Source: Octopus vulgaris
Taxonomy: Eukaryota
NCBI GenBank assembly: GCA_951406725.2
Contig: OX597833.1
Coordinates: 4,774,001-4,838,000, forward strand
DNA length: 64,000 nt
Reading direction: 5' to 3'
Shown: positions 25,599 through 38,708 of the stretch, piece after piece
Layout: every line of letters begins with the position of its first letter
Numbering within the stretch: the stretch's first letter is position 1
Notes under the pieces: generated by a model
What the model was told of the DNA's origin: nothing
Database searches by the model: none
The model's input: the letters and a program-made list of their open reading frames with translations, nothing else
Position numbers and translations under genes: made by a program

Positions 25599-25718
25599 CT
25601 TCACAGACTCAGCTTTGTCGTCTCCCTTGAAACGTGGAACTTTGAGGGGTCGCTGCCATGATAGACTTATCCATATTAGACAAAAGTAGCACACCAGCAT
25701 TGAGTGATGCCGTACCAT
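25599..25718 (-). CDS. Secreted EF-hand protein, coding exon 1 (signal peptide)
   Basis: Acceptor TTAATTTCAG at 25726-25725; AAAATGG start; hydrophobic MLVCYFCLIWISLSW; phase-0 donor AAG|GTTGGT matches the phase-0 acceptor of exon 2. Confidence 0.8.
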
Positions 25719-25789
25719 TTTTGGCTGAAATTAACAGAAAATTAAGAGAAGATTAAGAGAAATCCTTAGAAATTCTGTGGGAACTGTGG

Positions 25790-25899
25790 GGTGTGTGTGT
25801 GTGTGTGTGTATGTGTGTGTGTGGTGTGTGTCTGTGTGTGTGTGTTTGTTTCAGTGTGTGTGGGTGTGGTGTGTGTGTGTGGTGTGTGTGTGTTTGTTT

Positions 25900-25951
<52 letters not shown>

Positions 25952-25959
25952 TGTGTTTG

Positions 25960-26025
<66 letters not shown>

Positions 26026-26032
26026 TGTGTGT

Positions 26033-26089
<57 letters not shown>

Positions 26090-26179
26090 TGTGTGTTGTG
26101 TGTGGTGTGTGTGTGTTTGTTTCAGTGTGTGTGTGTTGTGTGTGTGTGTGTGTGTATGTGTGTGTGTGTGTTTGTTTCA

Positions 26180-26214
<35 letters not shown>

Positions 26215-26797
26215 TGTGTATGTGTGTGTGTGTGTGTGTTTGTGAATGTGTAAGTATGTGCATGTGTGAATGTTTATGTGTATGTGAATGTGTGAGTATT
26301 TGTGTGTGTGTTTGTATGTTTGTGTATGTATGCACATGAGTGCGTGTCTGTATGCGTCTGTGTATGTGTGTGTGTGTTTGTGAGTGTGTGAATTTGTGCA
26401 CGTGTGAATGCTTATGTGTATGTGAATGTGTGAGTTTATGTGTTTGTGTGCATGAGTGTGTGTTTGTGTCTATGCATGCTTTTGTTTGTGTGTGTGTGTG
26501 TGCACGCATGAGTGTGTGTTTGTGTGTCTCTGTGTGCTTGTGTGTATGTGTGTGTGTTTGTGTGTCTGTGCATGCTTGTGTGTATCTGTGTGTGTGTGTG
26601 TGTGTGTGTGCATGAGTGTGCATTTGTGTGTCTGTGTGTGCATGAGTGTGTATCTGTGTGTGTGTGTGTGTGTTTGTGTGTGCATGCACATGTTTGTGTG
26701 TGTGTGTGTGTTTGTGTGTATGTGTGTGTGTTTGTGTGTGTATGTATATGTAGTGTGTATTTGTGTGCATGTGTGTGTGTGTGTGTGTGTGTGTGTA
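25790..26797. repeat. ~1-kb compound (TG)n microsatellite
   Basis: Direct inspection. Confidence 0.95.
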
Positions 26798-27203
26798 TTC
26801 CTAATATATAAAAAAAAAGGTGGGATATTCGTGATATAGGATATCTTTCATTATAACACAGGTCTTTCTTGATTGGGGTTTGAGATGAGACAAAGCAACA
26901 ACAACAACAATAACAACAACAACATCAGCAGGTGCAACAAGAGAAGGCCCGCAACCGTAACAACAACACAAACAACAACATCATCAACAGCAAACGTAGT
27001 AACAGCAACAACAACAACAACAACAAGATGCTAACACTGATTCCATGATTGCATCAGACACGACAAGATGTCAGACAGCCAGAATTTCTTTATTCCACCA
27101 GGGGAAAAAAACCCCACCAAAACATGGCAGTTCTCCAAGCGTTCCTTCAAAAATTTAATGAAAATATTAAAAAGAATGTTGTGTATGACACACACACGTA
27201 CAC

Positions 27204-27236
<33 letters not shown>

Positions 27237-27346
27237 CACAATACATATATATATATATATATATATATATGTGTATGTATGCATGTATGTATAAATCCAT
27301 ATACATGCACATATTTCATCTTGATACAAGGCACATAATGTGTGTG

Positions 27347-27389
<43 letters not shown>

Positions 27390-27482
27390 GCTTGTATATA
27401 TACATATGTATACATGCATATATATATATATGTATACACACACATAAATGTATGTATATATACGCATATATATATGCGTATA

Positions 27483-27552
<70 letters not shown>

Positions 27553-27835
27553 ATATACGGTACATATTTCCTCATGACACAAGGCATACATATGTACACA
27601 ATAGCTACAACATCAGTACATGTGAACCTGGCCACATTTTGATAATTGTTGGCATGTATTTACTATTTTCTAAGATAATAAATTAACCTAGAGCTACAAA
27701 CTGTTGCCTAGGCCAGCAGTTCCCAGACTTATTTTGGCACAGGAACCATTATATGGTTTTCCAAAAATCACAGACCCCATATCTGTACTGGGCGTAGTTA
27801 TTTTTCACGATATCTGCACTGTACCTTCAAATCTT

Positions 27836-28510
27836 TGTACAGGAAGAAATGACAGATGGTTAAGTGCAGACCCTTCTGAAGTTCCAAGTGTTATGCATAA
27901 AAAAATTTCCTGCAACTGTCATGGTTTTGGGGGTTGTCAGCAATGAAGGACATGTGATGCCTCCTTACTTCTTTCCTTAGAGTTAACTCTGCCACCTACA
28001 GTGAGGTCCTGGAAACAACAGTTAAGCCCTGGACAGACAGTGTATGCAATGGAAGGCCATATGTGTTTCAGTAAGACTCTGCACTATCACACATGGCTCT
28101 TGTAACACAGGAATGGATGGCTGAAACTTTTCATGATCACATATCCCCTAACATTTGGCCTCCTAATTCCACAGATCCCGATCCATTGGACTATTACATG
28201 TGGAGCGTTGTTGAGAGAGGGGTCAATGAACACTCCCATAACACCAAAGATTCTTTGAAAGCTGCCATAGTCAGAGTAATGTCCAAAAGGAACCAGGAAC
28301 ACTTGATTTGAGCATGTAGATGATTTAAATCTCATATAGAAGCAGTTGTTGAAGCTGAAGGTGGCTTTATTGAATAACATTTATAGAAAAGAAGGTTTAT
28401 TTTTATCCTCATAAATAATAATTTATCCTAATAAATAACATTATTATCTGTTATCATATATCTCTGTTTTTATAAACATAAATCTGTTCTCAAATATCTT
28501 ACACACCCTG
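27836..28510 (+). mobile_element. Tc1/mariner (maT/DD37D-like) transposase 3' remnant with right TIR
   Basis: KFPATVMVLGVVS, YVFQ*DSA, WPPNSTDPDPLDYYMW motifs; ends ACACCCTG|TA. Confidence 0.85.
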
Positions 28511-28691
28511 TATATATATATATAATCACCGTGATTACCATGACCGACCAGGCTATCAGATGTTGCTACACATCGCTGGTCACAATGCGCTTTGCATTGT
28601 TTTAGCCTTCAAATGACGCCACCCCGCTGGCTAAGCGAGCAGGACAAGATATATATTAGATGAGTTGTAGTGCACCTGAGCACTGTACACA

Positions 28692-28778
<87 letters not shown>

Positions 28779-28859
28779 TAAGGGTAAGCATATTAAAAGG
28801 GGTCTGTGGGAAAATTCCTTTCAATAAAAGGGTTTGGAACTACTGTAGAGACTAACAAT

Positions 28860-29176
28860 AGAACTGGTCTCCAAAAATGACAAAACAGTCATACTGTGTG
28901 TCATATACTAATGTACACAGAGAAGAGGGTTAAGACTAACAAACCAGATATTGTTGCCAAAGACTGTCAGAAAAGGAAAAAACCTCCTAATTGACATAGC
29001 AGTCCCACCAGATGATAATTGAGAAATTATCTAAATATAAAGATCTGAAAATAGAGATAAATTAAATGTGGGGCCTGAAAAGAGAAACAATCTCTATAAT
29101 AATTAGGGCTTTGGGAGTGATAAAGTAAAAAGCATACAGATAAATACTTAACCCAAACAAACCCCTGGGCTTACAA

Positions 29177-29180
<4 letters not shown>
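28860..29180 (+). mobile_element. Degenerate RLE-type (R4/Dong-like) non-LTR fragment
   Basis: [41 protein letters not shown] endonuclease motifs with frameshifts. Confidence 0.7.
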
Positions 29181-29218
<38 letters not shown>

Positions 29219-29245
29219 AAACCTTCCAATATATATATATGTATA

Positions 29246-29310
<65 letters not shown>

Positions 29311-29415
29311 CACTGAAAATAGCACTGCTAGACATTTGAAAATGTATTAATGTAGGGTAATTTTAATTTAGTAGAAAAATAAATAACAAAAACCCAAACA
29401 AAACATTGCACATAC

Positions 29416-29475
29416 CCAGAGTGAACAAAACTGGGCTTGGTATTGCAGCGAAAGCATGAAGTGTAAATTAGATAA
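29416..29475 (-). other. Candidate upstream exon (60 nt) of the EF-hand gene
   Basis: ATCATTCAG acceptor and TGG|GTATGT donor in a unique island between microsatellites; splices in frame to CCAAAAATG. Confidence 0.45.
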
Positions 29476-29546
29476 CTGAATGATAATGATAATAATAATA
29501 CTAATACTAATACTACTACTACTACTACTAATAATAATAATAATCA

Positions 29547-29641
<95 letters not shown>

Positions 29642-29821
29642 ATAATAATAATAATAATAATAATAATGATGATAATAATGATGATGATGATGATAATGAG
29701 TTCTAATTTATGCATAAGTACATCACTACCATCACACTACCACCACCACCACCACAATTATCATAACACCAGCATCATTTCAACATGTCATGCCATCACA
29801 ACTACTACTACTACTACTACA

Positions 29822-29898
<77 letters not shown>

Positions 29899-30471
29899 CA
29901 TAACTACTACTAGCCTCACTTCGCTATCATTTCCACATGCCCTCAACCACCAACATTGCCAATCCACCTCTCCCGTCAATCAACATGTTGCTGTAACTAG
30001 TACCACCACCAACACCAACATCACCACCACCACCTCCAGTACCATCACCATCATCACCACCACCACCACCACCACCTCCAGTACCATTACCACAATAAAT
30101 ACTCCACCACCACAACAACAACAACACTATACTATGCAAGGAAGCAGAAATGTAGAACAAACTCAAAATGTTTGTTTATCAGAATAAAATTTCTTAAAGT
30201 TTTGGAAAGAGAACAATTCCCCCACCTCCCAACCTCCCCAACTCCTCCCTTTCACAATAACTATGTCTGTCTGTCTGTATTTATGTGTCATTCCCTCTGT
30301 CTGTTTGTCTCTTTTGTGTCTGCTCCCTATGCAGACTCCCCACTAACACCTGTTGGAAACTCTAAAAATGGATTTAATTGATTTTTAGCATCCTTCTTTT
30401 TATTGTGTGTGTGTGTATGTGCATGTATGTATGAGTCCATCCATCCATCTATATGTATAACGATCTACCTA

Positions 30472-30536
<65 letters not shown>

Positions 30537-30557
30537 GTATGTATGTATGTATGTATG

Positions 30558-30602
<45 letters not shown>

Positions 30603-30639
30603 GTCTATGTATGTATGTATCTATCTGTCTGTCAGGCAT

Positions 30640-30890
30640 GTGGAAGAGAGGACTTAAACGACGGACTTAAACGACGGACTTAAACGACAGGAGGACTTAA
30701 ACGACATGCAAAGGTACATGAAGCCCAGTTACAACTACAACCGGCTATTGCCGGTAAAGGTTTTAGTTGCCAATTCTGTACAAGACATTGTAGATCTTTA
30801 GCTGGGCTAAAAAGTCACATTCGATCACAGCACCAGTAACAGCAAACCTCGTGCAATGGCCATACTCGATAACAAGGGGGCAGCCATTAT
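30640..30890 (+). mobile_element. RTE-clade LINE 3' fragment
   Basis: FSCQFCTRHCRSLAGLKSHIRSQH* followed by an RTE-like tail. Confidence 0.7.
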
Positions 30891-33487
30891 TTGTCTGTCT
30901 ATCTATCTATCTACCTACCTATCTGTCTGTCTATGCATGTATGTATGTATCTGTCTGTCTGTGTATCTATCTATGTATGTATCTATCGTTATTATTATTA
31001 TGAAAAGCTTAGCAGTATTTCTTCTGTCTTTATGTTCTGAGTTTAAATTCTGCCGAGGTAGACTTTCCCTTTCATCCTATCAGGGCCGATAAATCAAGTA
31101 CCAGTTGCTTACAGGGGTCGATGTAATCGACTATCCTCCTCCCCCAAATTTCAGGCCTTGTGCCTATAATAGAAAGGGTTATTATTATCATTAATCCAAA
31201 CCACACAAAAAGCCTTGTGAAATTCAATTACCTAAGGTTTCCTGGTTGGATTATTATTAGATTTATTTTGCTCTACCTCAAGCTGGTAATGTCAACATGG
31301 TGCGCTAGCAGCATCATATGAGTTAATCATCACTTAACTACCGCAGGAAACCCTGGGGAGCTGATTTCCCCAGGGTTTTTGTCTGGCTTTTATTAATAAC
31401 ATCTTTACTCTCTCAACCGACCGAGTGCCCTACTAAATGCTGAACTTCACACCACAGAGGAGAAATTATGAGTACACAAGTAGATGTGCAACTGGCACAG
31501 CTATGGGTAGAGCTCGACATAGATTATCATCATCCAGTCTGCTTTCTGCATTCTTGCTATTTAGTTTTCATACAGATTAGTGTTGCTAATTATGAATAAG
31601 AGAGAGAATATACGAGAAATAAGAATAAACACTGGTTTATGTAATTATGGCAGAAGACTTGTGTTTATCCTTATTTCACTCTCATATATATATATTTATA
31701 TAAATATATATAAATATGTAATATAAATGGTACAACGAAGTACACATATTTACTGGAAATATCGGTACTTCGTTGTACCATTTATTTACTTTTATGTATA
31801 ATTTTACCCTCACGGGCTATTCTTTACTGGAAAGCAATACTCTCGTATTGCATCACTATTTTCATTATATAAATATATATATATCATCAGTCCACGTACA
31901 TACACATATATATATATCATCATCGTTTAATGTCCGCTTTCCATACTGGCATGGGTTGGACGATTTGACTGAGGGCTGGTGAACCAGATGGCTGCACCAG
32001 GCTCCAATCTTGATCTGGCAGAGTTTCTACCCCTGGATGCCCTTCCTAACGCCAACCACTCTGAGAGTGTAGTGGGTACTTTTTACATGCTACTGGCACG
32101 GGGGCCAGTCAGGCGGTACTGGCAATGACCTCACTCGAATCTTTTTACACATGCCACCAGCACAAGTGCCAGTAAGGTGATGCTGGTAACGATCCACCTG
32201 CCTTCGTCTGCTTTTTTCGTGCCACCGGCATTATATATATATATATATGTATGTATGTATGCATATATAGACACAAGTGTGACTGTGTGTTAAGAAACTT
32301 ACTTCCCAACCACATGGTTCTGGTTTCAGTCCCACTGCGTAGCACCTTGGTCAAGTGTCTCCTACTATAACCTTGGGCTGACCAAAAGCCTTGTGAGTGG
32401 ATTTGGTAGACAGAAACTGAAAGAAGCATATCATATACATATATATTTATGTGTGTATGTGCATCTTTATGTCTGTGTTTGCCCCCCGCCCCATTGCTTG
32501 ACAACCAATGTTAGTGTGTTAATGTCCCCCTAACTTAGCAGTTCGGCAAAAGAGACTGATAGAATAAGTACTGGGCTTACAGAGAATAAGTCCTGGGGTT
32601 GATTACTTTGGCTTAAAAATCCTTTAAGGCAGTATTCCCGCATGGCCACAATCAAATGACTGAAACAAGTAAAAGAATAAAATAATATATCCAACGTTTC
32701 TAGAACTTCACAGTCTCATTTCCAAGAATTGAGAGTATGGCTTTCCTGCTGAAATTTTTTTGACCATTAGCAACATGCATTGGCAGTCACTTGTTGATTT
32801 GTCTGTCATGGTGAAATTTAGACCATTAGGTTTTTTATTTTCTTTAAATCAGTAATCACATGTTAAATTTTTGATGTGTGTGTGTTTGCATGTTAATTTT
32901 AGTATTGTATTGCCACATGAATATGGTTTCCAGGATTAATCTTGTATTTTTGTATAGAATTTTATAAAGTAGATGTTTTCTGCTAGCATCTTTGCCTTTA
33001 ACTTCATTTTGTGATATGTGGTGTAATGGTGAGGCATAGCTGTATATTGCAAATGCATAGTGAGCCAACATGACAGTCTTGTACAAGTCTGTCCAATGCA
33101 ACAGCTAGAGTCTTGAGTTAGTAACTTTCAGTTTTACAATCACTGGTGCCGGTACTACATAAAAATCACCAGTGCTGGTACCACATAAAAAGTACCCAGC
33201 ACACACTGTAAAGTGGTTGGCTTTAAAAAGGACATCCAGTTGTAGAAACCATGTTCTCCAGCACACCAACTCCTGTCCTCAGGCTTTGATGTTTGTGGTG
33301 CACTATTGATAAGGAAGCTTTTGGTCGGTGTGATTTTGCAGTATATTATTAGTTTAAGTTTGCAGTCAGGTATCATGCATTTTGTGTTGCATTTTTACGA
33401 GGCATTTTATTGTATATCCATCTGTTCAGTAATTTTAGTGCATTTGGTTTTTGTCACAGATTTTATGTGTAGTTCATGTATTTCTAT

Positions 33488-33985
33488 AGGAGTGGCTGTG
33501 TGGTAAGTAGCTTGCGAACGAACCACAAGGTTCCGGGTTCAGTCCCACTGCGTGGCATCTTGGGCAAGTGTCTTCTGCTATAGCCCCGGGCCGACCAATG
33601 CCTTGTGAGTGGATTTGGTAGACGGAAACTGAAAGAAGCCTGTCGTATATATATATATCATCATCATCATTTAGCGTCCGTTTTCCATGCTAAATGATGA
33701 TGATGATATATATATATACGACAGGCTTCTTTCAGTTTCCGTATATATATATATATGTATGTGTGTGTTTGTGTGTCTGTGTTTGTCCCCCTAGCATTGC
33801 TTGACAACCGATGCTGGTGTGTTTACGTCCCCGTTACTTAGTGGTTTGGCAAAAAAGACCAATAGAATAAGTACTGGGCTTACAAAGAATAAGTCCCGGG
33901 GTCGAGTTGCTCGACTAAAGGCAGTGCTCCAGCATGGCCGCAGTCAAATGACTGAAACAAGTAAAAGAATAAAAGAATAAAAGAA
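33488..33985 (+). mobile_element. SINE family A containing a perfect 121-bp internal palindrome
   Basis: Full head and tail; 33622-33675 is the reverse complement of 33689-33742. Confidence 0.88.
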
Positions 33986-34397
33986 TGTATGTATAAGCAC
34001 ATATACATGCACACATGCATGAGTGCACACACACACACACAGAGTGTTTCAGAAGCCCCTTTAAAATTGATATATGTGCTGGTGACACATTTAAGACACC
34101 CAGTATACTGTGTGGAGTGGTTGGCATTAGGAAGGGCATCCAGTCATGGAAACCATGCCGAAGAAGAGTGGAGTTCTGTGCAGCTCGACAGCTTACCAGT
34201 TCCAGACAAATCTTCTAACCCATGCCAACATAGAAAACAGATGTTAATAATGATGATGATGATGATGATGATGATATAGGACACAGACCAAAACTACACA
34301 AACAAAGCAAGCCTATCACATCCATAATATTCCAAATAAATACTCCGACACATTCAGTCCCAAACAAATACACAGCATTATCAAAGAATAATGACCC

Positions 34398-34688
34398 CTT
34401 TTGTACATTATTTACATTATTTACATTTGATGGATATTTGTCCCCATCTTGTTTGTTGTTAACACAATGTTTCGGCTGATATACCCCCCCCCCCCCAGCC
34501 TTCATACAAACAACATCGAAAAATACCTTAGGGATGAGAACCTAGGTTCGAAATTTCCCCAAGACACCTGATGAAGGCTGGAGGGTATACCAGTCGAAAC
34601 ATTGTGTTAACAACAAACAAGATGAGGACAAATACCCGTCAAATGTAAATAAATGTACATAATTCCTCATCTCTTAAATATAGAACTG
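34398..34688. mobile_element. Penelope-like element terminal repeat in inverted (partial) duplication
   Basis: ~34400-34505 is the reverse complement of ~34571-34660; carries a hammerhead core. Confidence 0.7.
34563..34608 (+). ncRNA. Minimal type-I hammerhead ribozyme motif (PLE type, probably decayed)
   Basis: GACAC-CTGATGA-A-GGCTGG(AGGGTATA)CCAGTC-GAAAC-ATT-GTGTT: helix I 5 bp, helix II 6 bp, helix III reduced to ACAT. Confidence 0.7.
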
Positions 34689-34689
34689 A

Positions 34690-35027
34690 ATGACCCCCTT
34701 TGGTGATGAATGATCATGGGATTGCACTAGAAAGTTCTCCTCCGAGGTACAAGCCTGGGCAAGGTTGTTTTTTATGGAAGACCAACAGTCGCCCATGCAT
34801 ACCAGCCTCCCCTCTCCACGCCACCAGTGTTATCCAAGGGAAAGACAAAGGTCGATACAGCTTGGCACCAGTGACGTCGCAACTCATTTCTACAGCTGAG
34901 TGAACTGGAGCAACGTGAAATAAAGTGCCTTGCTCAAAAACACAACACACACCTCTGTCTGGGAATTGAACTCACTATCTCATGATTGTGAGCTCAACAC
35001 CCTAACCATTGAGCCATGAACGTTCAC
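34690..35027 (-). mobile_element. tRNA-derived SINE related to family D
   Basis: Minus-strand head TGGCTCAATGGTTAGGGTG..GAGTTCAATTCCC; body TTGAGCAAGGCACTTTATTTCAC. Confidence 0.7.
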
Positions 35028-35055
35028 TATCAAATAATATACACCAGGGAAATAT

Positions 35056-35339
35056 ATATCTCATCTCTTCTACTGTTGGTCATTCTGCCATCAGTTGTGG
35101 ACCATTTCAAACTTTTTATCCAGAGGAATATAGCATAAAATCAGGTGAGGAATTTTTGTAGATTTTAGAAGAAAATTGGTACAATAGGTACCGATTCCAT
35201 GTTAGGTGTAGAAAGTTTGTTCTAAAAACGGCACAATCTAACAGCAATCTTGTTGAATTGTCTGGCCACGCCTGGATAAAACGTTTGGAATGGTCCACAG
35301 CTGTTGGCAGAATGACCAACAGTAGAAGAGATGAGATAC
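35056..35339. mobile_element. MITE-like element with ~68-bp inverted arms
   Basis: ATCTCATCTCTTCTACTGTTGGTCATTCTGCC..TTTATCCAG and its reverse complement at 35272-35339. Confidence 0.75.
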
Positions 35340-35596
35340 CACTGTATCCCTTGTCTGTGGAAGTTAAGAGAAATATCTGAAGGTGGGGATGGGGGTTTAT
35401 GAATGCAGTGGGGGAGGTGGGAGGTCTTAGATGAGAGAGAGAGAGAGAGAGAAGGACAAGAATAGGATGAGACATAAAAGATTAACTGAAAAATTGTGTC
35501 TGTGTGTGTGTGTGTGCATATATATATATATACATATATGTATCTATATAAACACACATACACATAGATATGCATATACTCACATCTACATGTGGA

Positions 35597-35627
<31 letters not shown>

Positions 35628-35671
35628 TATTTATATTATTATTTAATTGAATGCCACACATCTATTTCCAA

Positions 35672-35706
<35 letters not shown>

Positions 35707-36362
35707 TATATATATAAATACAAAATGGGACAAGAACATGCGTACACACACATTGCATATTTATGTGTATATACATACATACATTATACACACAGACACA
35801 CATTCACACACACACCTACACACACATATACATTCATACAAAAATACACACACACACATATATACATTCATACAAACAAACATACACACACATATACATA
35901 TACACATATACAACAGCATATCTAAAGTCTCTACCAGTTCTGATGGACAACTTTGAGAAAATAAACTAAAACTCCATTGACATGGAAGGTCCATTATAAT
36001 ACATCCCACATCTCCAAGCATCATTGAATATCCACAAAATATTCCAAGACACATTCTCCATGTGGTTTACCATTAATTTTCTGTGGTGATACATTTTGCC
36101 CAAAACCGTTAATTAAATTAATTTATCTGACTGGCTTCCGCAGATTTCCCCTATCAAATTCTGCCCCCCAAGGCATTGGCGAATGAAATAGACCCTTGGT
36201 CCAGGTGCTGTGCAGTGAGATTGAAACTAGAACCATGTGGGGTGTGAAACGATCGTCTTTACTGCATGATCATGTGTGTGCTTCATGTGAAGCATCGGAA
36301 TGTATTTTATGTTTCTCAAGGTATGTATGTGCGAATGTGTGTATATATATATATAGATGAAC

Positions 36363-36393
<31 letters not shown>

Positions 36394-36499
36394 TGAATAT
36401 ATAGAGGAATATATATATATGAATATATATATATAGATGAATATATATATATATAGATGAATATATATATATATATATACATATATATATAGATGAATA

Positions 36500-36567
<68 letters not shown>

Positions 36568-36938
36568 TGAATATCTATCTATCTATCTCTCTCTATATAT
36601 ATATATAAAATATATACATATAGATGAATATATATATATATATATACACATACATATATGAATGTATATACACAACAATGTATACATATGCATACACTTT
36701 TGTGTGTGTATGCATGCATGCACACACACATATATATAAATACTTAAATTTTGTATGAAATGGTGAAAAGTTAAAAAGCGAATTCTCTTACCGTCTCAGA
36801 GTGGCAGGAACCAACTGACTTATGTAAGTCTCCAAGACATGCAGATATATTATGTACACATAGAACTGTATACAACTGTTTGTGTGTGGGTGTTGATATA
36901 CATACACACATACATACATATGTGCATACATACATACA

Positions 36939-36972
<34 letters not shown>

Positions 36973-37030
36973 TGGACAGTTCATTAACTTATACATATGT
37001 GTGTGTGTGTGTTGTATTTATGTATGTATG

Positions 37031-37085
<55 letters not shown>

Positions 37086-37544
37086 ATGTTTGGAAATGAA
37101 TGTATAAATATTTTCAAAACATTTAATAATCCAAAATCTAAAGAAAAGGGAAAAATTAAACACGAACACAGACATATAAAGAGAGATAGACAGAAAGGGA
37201 GGGAGAAAGAGAAGGACAATGAAAGAGAGAGAGGGACAAGAGGAGGGAAGGGGGAGAGAGTGCTGGGGGGTGGTGGTTAGAGAAAGTGTGAAAGGAGAAT
37301 AAGGAGTTATATGATGATAAGTAAATCTACAGCATGTGTGGGTATATATATATATATATATACATACATATATACATACATACATATATATATATACACA
37401 TGTATATACAGCATCTTTCAACAAAAGCCCCCACCTATGAAGCAAATGTTATTTAAAGTCCCATTGCTCCCAGCCTTTTATATATGTGTATATATATATA
37501 CATACATATATATATGTATATATGTATACATATACATATATACG

Positions 37545-37637
<93 letters not shown>

Positions 37638-37888
37638 ATATGTATATATATATATGTGTGTGTGTGTATATACTCATACCTAAAGACATACAGATGTTGG
37701 ATTAGTATTTCCACTGATGCAATTGTTGTGGTTGTTGTTGTTACTTGTACAGTTATGTTACTATTGTTGTTGTTATTATTGTTGTTGCTGTGAAGCTGCT
37801 GCTGCTGCTGCTGCTGTAATTGTTGCTGTTTTCAGGACGCTGCTGTTTTTGTTTAATAATAATGATAATAATAATAATAATAATGATG

Positions 37889-37920
<32 letters not shown>

Positions 37921-38177
37921 GATAATAATAATAATAATAATAAATGATAATAATGGTTTCAGATTTTAGCACAAGGCCAGTAATTTCGGGGAGGAGGTAA
38001 GTCAATTACATCGACCCCATTACTCAGCTGGTACTTATTTTATCAACTCCCGAAAAGAATAAAAAGGCAGAGACAACTTTGGCAGAATTTGAACTCAGAA
38101 TATGAAGACAGATGAAATACTGCAAAGCATTTCATCCGGCGTACTAATAATTCTGTTTGCTCACCACCTTTTATAAC

Positions 38178-38269
<92 letters not shown>

Positions 38270-38272
<3 letters not shown>

Positions 38273-38680
38273 CATTGTGTACGGTGCTCAGGTGCACTAC
38301 AACTCATCTAAAGTGTATGTATAATCAGGTGTAGTTTCGGCGGATTTCGGAAAGCATGAGGGCCTTAAAGGATGCAGTGTCATGGCAGTCAACAACTGAA
38401 CTCTGAGCGTGAAAAAATGTTTCCGAAAATCATGGGAGCTGTGTTGTTTTCTGACTTTGTAGGCATGTCCACATGTGTTAGACACATGGAGATCAAAAAA
38501 GGTGTTCAGTGTTGTTGTTGGTGAGGTGGTTGATAACTTTGTGGGTGTTTACCAAGTCCATCGCCAGACGCCGGAGCTTCAGTGAATCCATGCCCAGGGA
38601 AACAAGGTGCTCAGAGTATGGTAGGTGTCTGATGGAGGGTATGCGTTTGGTTGCACGTCTCTGAACAGATTCCCGATTCC
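38270..38680 (-). mobile_element. CR1 LINE 3' fragment (third family); very short 3' ends also at ~555-605, ~9390-9435, ~28660-28740
   Basis: ESVQRRATKRIPSIRHLPYSEHLVSLGMDSLKLRRL..GHAYKV..RKHFFTLRV; tail GTAGTGCACCTGAGCACYGTACACAAT(ATT)n. Confidence 0.85.
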
Positions 38681-38708
38681 AGGAATAATAATAATAATAA
38701 GAAGAAGA

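Noticed and set aside
25074-27686. Long low-complexity ORFs ([12 protein letters not shown], poly-S/T/V), including read-through of 25074-25598
   Set aside because: Microsatellite translations; the real exon ends at the 25598 donor
36780-36835. Isolated minus-strand donor ACG|GTAAGA (similarly CTG|GTAAAC near 42530)
   Set aside because: No good paired acceptor; such hexamers occur by chance
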